Made by a program: the position numbers and the translations under genes
Notes under the pieces: generated by a model
Databases searched by the model: none
Told to the model about the DNA's origin: nothing
Seen by the model: the letters and a program-made list of their open reading frames with translations, nothing else
Assembly: GCA_964016885.1 (NCBI GenBank)
Contig: OZ024743.1
Coordinates: 219,232,001 to 219,296,000, forward strand
Source: Eledone cirrhosa
Taxonomy: Eukaryota
Length of the DNA stretch: 64,000 nt
Direction: 5' to 3'
Shown: positions 60,811 through 64,000 of the stretch, piece after piece
Numbering within the stretch: position 1 is the first letter of the stretch
Layout of the letters: each line of letters starts with the position of its first letter

Positions 60811-63539
60811 AGTTAATAAATAAAGAGTTAATAAATAAATAAAACGTTATACTTGTTTTACCCTCCCATTTCCAATTTCACCAAATGCTGCTATCATGAC
60901 TATGTGTGTGTTTGTGTAAATGTATGTGTGAATGTATGTATGTTTGTGTGAAACTATGTGTGAATGTATGTATTTGTGTGAATATATGTGTATTTGTGTG
61001 AATTATGTCTGTGAGGGTGCATTTTTATAAGTTTGTGTTTGCACGATTATAATTATATACACATAATAGTTATATACTCATACATATAGATGTATGTATG
61101 TACACACTCATACGCGTCAGCGTGTAGAAAATCATAATCTCTCTCATCTCACACACTCTCTCTTTCTATATATATGGTAGTTGAAGTGGTGGTGGTGGCG
61201 ACGATATACCGGAAGTGCAACTTTGAAAAGAGGTCAATTTTAAATTATTTATTTTTACAAAATTATTTATGTTTACGAAATTTAGTACATAAATTATGTA
61301 ATATTCATTCATTATTTATTCAAAATCCCGCCGAAGTTAACTTTGCCTTTCATCCTTACGGGGTCGATAAAATAAAGTACCAGTAATGTACTGGGTAATT
61401 GCTGGCCTTGTGCCTAAAGTAGACACAATTATTTATTCAAAGTAATCCAATTTATTTTACTAACTGGATTAAAAGAAATAAACCGTACGCAGTCCCGCAG
61501 ACCTTCCTTTATTATAGTTTAGATATCCAGTTTACTCAGCTGTAGAAATGAGATTGTAGAACTGGGGTCCCTATCATTCCACTGCAAAGTGGTCGTGGAG
61601 GTGCCACGGCAAAAAAGCACCCAGCCCACACTATAAAGTGGACATGTAGGCGCCATGGAAAAAAAGCACCCAGCACTCACTGTAAATGAGGTTGGTGTTA
61701 GGAAGGGCATCCGGCTGTAGAAATCAAGCCAAAATCAGTTCCCGTCCCACCCTTGCAAGTAGGGAAAGCAGACGTAAAATGCTGAAAATGATGATGATAC
61801 ACTACGATTATCTGAGACATACTTGGGTGGTAGATATAATCTATTGACCCGTTTAAAACCCACATCTAGGCCTTAGATGACTTTTTTCAGAGTCTATTGT
61901 TAGAAACATTCATATTAAGTTTCTGGGTTTTCCCAATTTTTCTCCAACCCTAAGAGGCTCTGCAAAAACAAAGGTTATTGATGCTGACCTTCCTCCTCTG
62001 ACTAAAACATAACAAAAATATAATTAAAATAAAATAAAATATAAATGAATATATGTATTTTCCATACTATCACTTTATAAAGTATTCTAGCCATTCTATT
62101 ACTATTTCTGACAAATATTCCCACACAGTCATCATTTATTTCTCTTAGTCATTTTATGGAATACAACACTTAGCAACACAAACATATAAACCACACAATG
62201 TTGTTTTTTAGTTACAGTCACATGCCCCATACAAATAGCTAATAAGTTGGATGTGTTTTCTAGCTGTTTGGTGCATAAAACCTAACAGCACAGTGCTAGG
62301 GTGTGTGTACCTATTTCAACATTTTCAGACTACTTTAGTCTATATTAATTTCTGTAAAAGAGATGTGCATGTAGTACCAGGAAGGGGGGTGGGGGTGAAT
62401 ATGCAGAAATATAAAAAGGTTAGAAGAACATTTAGTTTTTATTTGTTATTGTTGATGTTGTTCTTTAACCCCAGGTCAGCTTTGATCAAGCAGATTTATG
62501 ATCAAAGCATTCCAGCCATGACCATCCCATCTTATTTTCACACAATATATTCAAGACTATATCATCCAACATGTTCATTGCTTTAAGCTGGTAAGGTGTG
62601 ATATGAGGGGAATTCATATCCTTCCTGTCTTAAGATGGTAAATGTGGTTTGAAGGAAATTTGGTTGTTATTATCTCATAAGTTTGCTTCAAGTGGGTGTA
62701 AGCTGGCAATTCCCACGAACAGATAATAAAGAATATGTTCAAATAGTGGTGCAACAAAGAAATGGTTGAGAGTTAACATCCTTCATCAAAGTGTATCAAT
62801 AAGTTCACAATTCTATTATGTATCTATTATTGAAGTGTCCATTTATGAATTAATTATGCAAAAACAAATTTTTCAAGTATGACTATTAAAAAAATCCAAT
62901 GAGCCTGTTGTTTGAAATCTACTCACATCTTGGATACTGTGTTAACCCATTAACATTTAAACTGGCCGTATCCTGCCAGAATTCGCTCACTTCTATCTGT
63001 TCCAACTGACGATAACCAGCTGCTCATACTAATGTTAAGGTATTGTTCTAAAAATAAATGATATCAAAATCTCATAGATTTGATATGTGAGATAATTATG
63101 TGAGATAATTATTTACTAAGAAATATAATAGTAAATATAGAGTAATGTAAATGGAATAAAATTCTAAAATACCAGGAATTATCAGCAAAATATTTTTCCC
63201 CTGTGGCATTCCAAACATTTTTAGGGAGCTGGTCATTGCTGGTGGCTTACTTTATGGAGGTATCAGGTGATGTCTGTAAAGATATTTGGTTACTTCAGTG
63301 CCTTCACCCTGCTATTATATATATAGATGTATTTATTGAAAATATATTTTTACTATGAATAATAATCTAACAAGTTGGGCATAAAAGTCCCCGGACAGAA
63401 AAAATATTGACAACATAGCTCGTGAGTGACAACTCTTTTTTCTGTCTTTTATGCTTAATTTGTTAGAACTATTTTTCATAGTAAAAAAAAAAATGATAAA
63501 CTTCTAAATTTTCAATAAAATCCGCTCAAAGTTTCTAAA

Positions 63540-64000
63540 TCATCATCATCATCATCATTTAATGTCCATCTTCCACACTAGCATGGATCTGGACGGGAAT
63601 TGCCCCACTTGAGGCAAGATTGGTTGTCTTGCTCGGGACTGTCTGGCGGGTTTTCTACGGCTGGATGCCCTTCCTAACACCAACCACGTTTACGATGTGG
63701 ACTGGGAGATTTTTACCGTGTTACCTACATGGCCACATTACAGCGTGGACTGTGTTTTTTTGTCATGACACCTACACGACCTCATTTATTTAGGACTGGA
63801 TGTTGTGGTACTAACATAGCTTTACATCGATTTGGTGGTGTAGATGGCGGTGGGGGTAGGGGTAGTGGGACGGGGGTGTATTTTGGTTAAGAGGTGCCTA
63901 CTGACTGTAGGTTTCGCTTTGTACTTAGGCAAGGTGGGTCTTCTGTATTATTGCGTAGTGACAAAGATCTCGGTCCAGTGACATTGTCTTGGAGAGGTGT
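63540..64000 (-). mobile_element. RTE 3' end including the ORF terminus, runs off the window
   Basis: HLSKTMSLDRDL..YAIIQKT on the minus strand, followed by UTR and (CAT)n tail at 63540-63557. Confidence 0.85.

Overview
AT-rich, microsatellite-rich eukaryotic DNA, probably from an octopod cephalopod (inferred from the SINE/RTE repertoire, not proven). The window holds one complete protein-coding gene on the minus strand: an SLC12A9/CIP1-like cation-chloride cotransporter. I reconstructed 11 coding exons from ATG 49603 to stop 1233 (2877 nt, 958 aa, all intron phases consistent). Intron 1 is 26.4 kb and intron 2 is a minor-spliceosome (U12-type) intron. Introns and flanks are filled with young and old RTE LINEs, two tRNA-derived SINE families, hAT/mariner/pogo/piggyBac-type MITEs, Helitron-like elements, a CRE-type endonuclease remnant and several tandem repeats. 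The most unusual signal is a dispersed set of short non-coding elements, flanked by (TA)n and often palindromic, that carry type-I hammerhead ribozyme folds. These include a head-to-head pair of complete hammerheads, one per strand, with a compensatory base-pair change (44871-44999), and a hammerhead with a branched ~95-nt stem II (17370-17491). Also notable: two separately placed young RTE copies share a catalytic YADD->YADN change, a PHD-like finger sits inside the RTE reverse transcriptase, and a 143-bp satellite has arisen from a mariner MITE.
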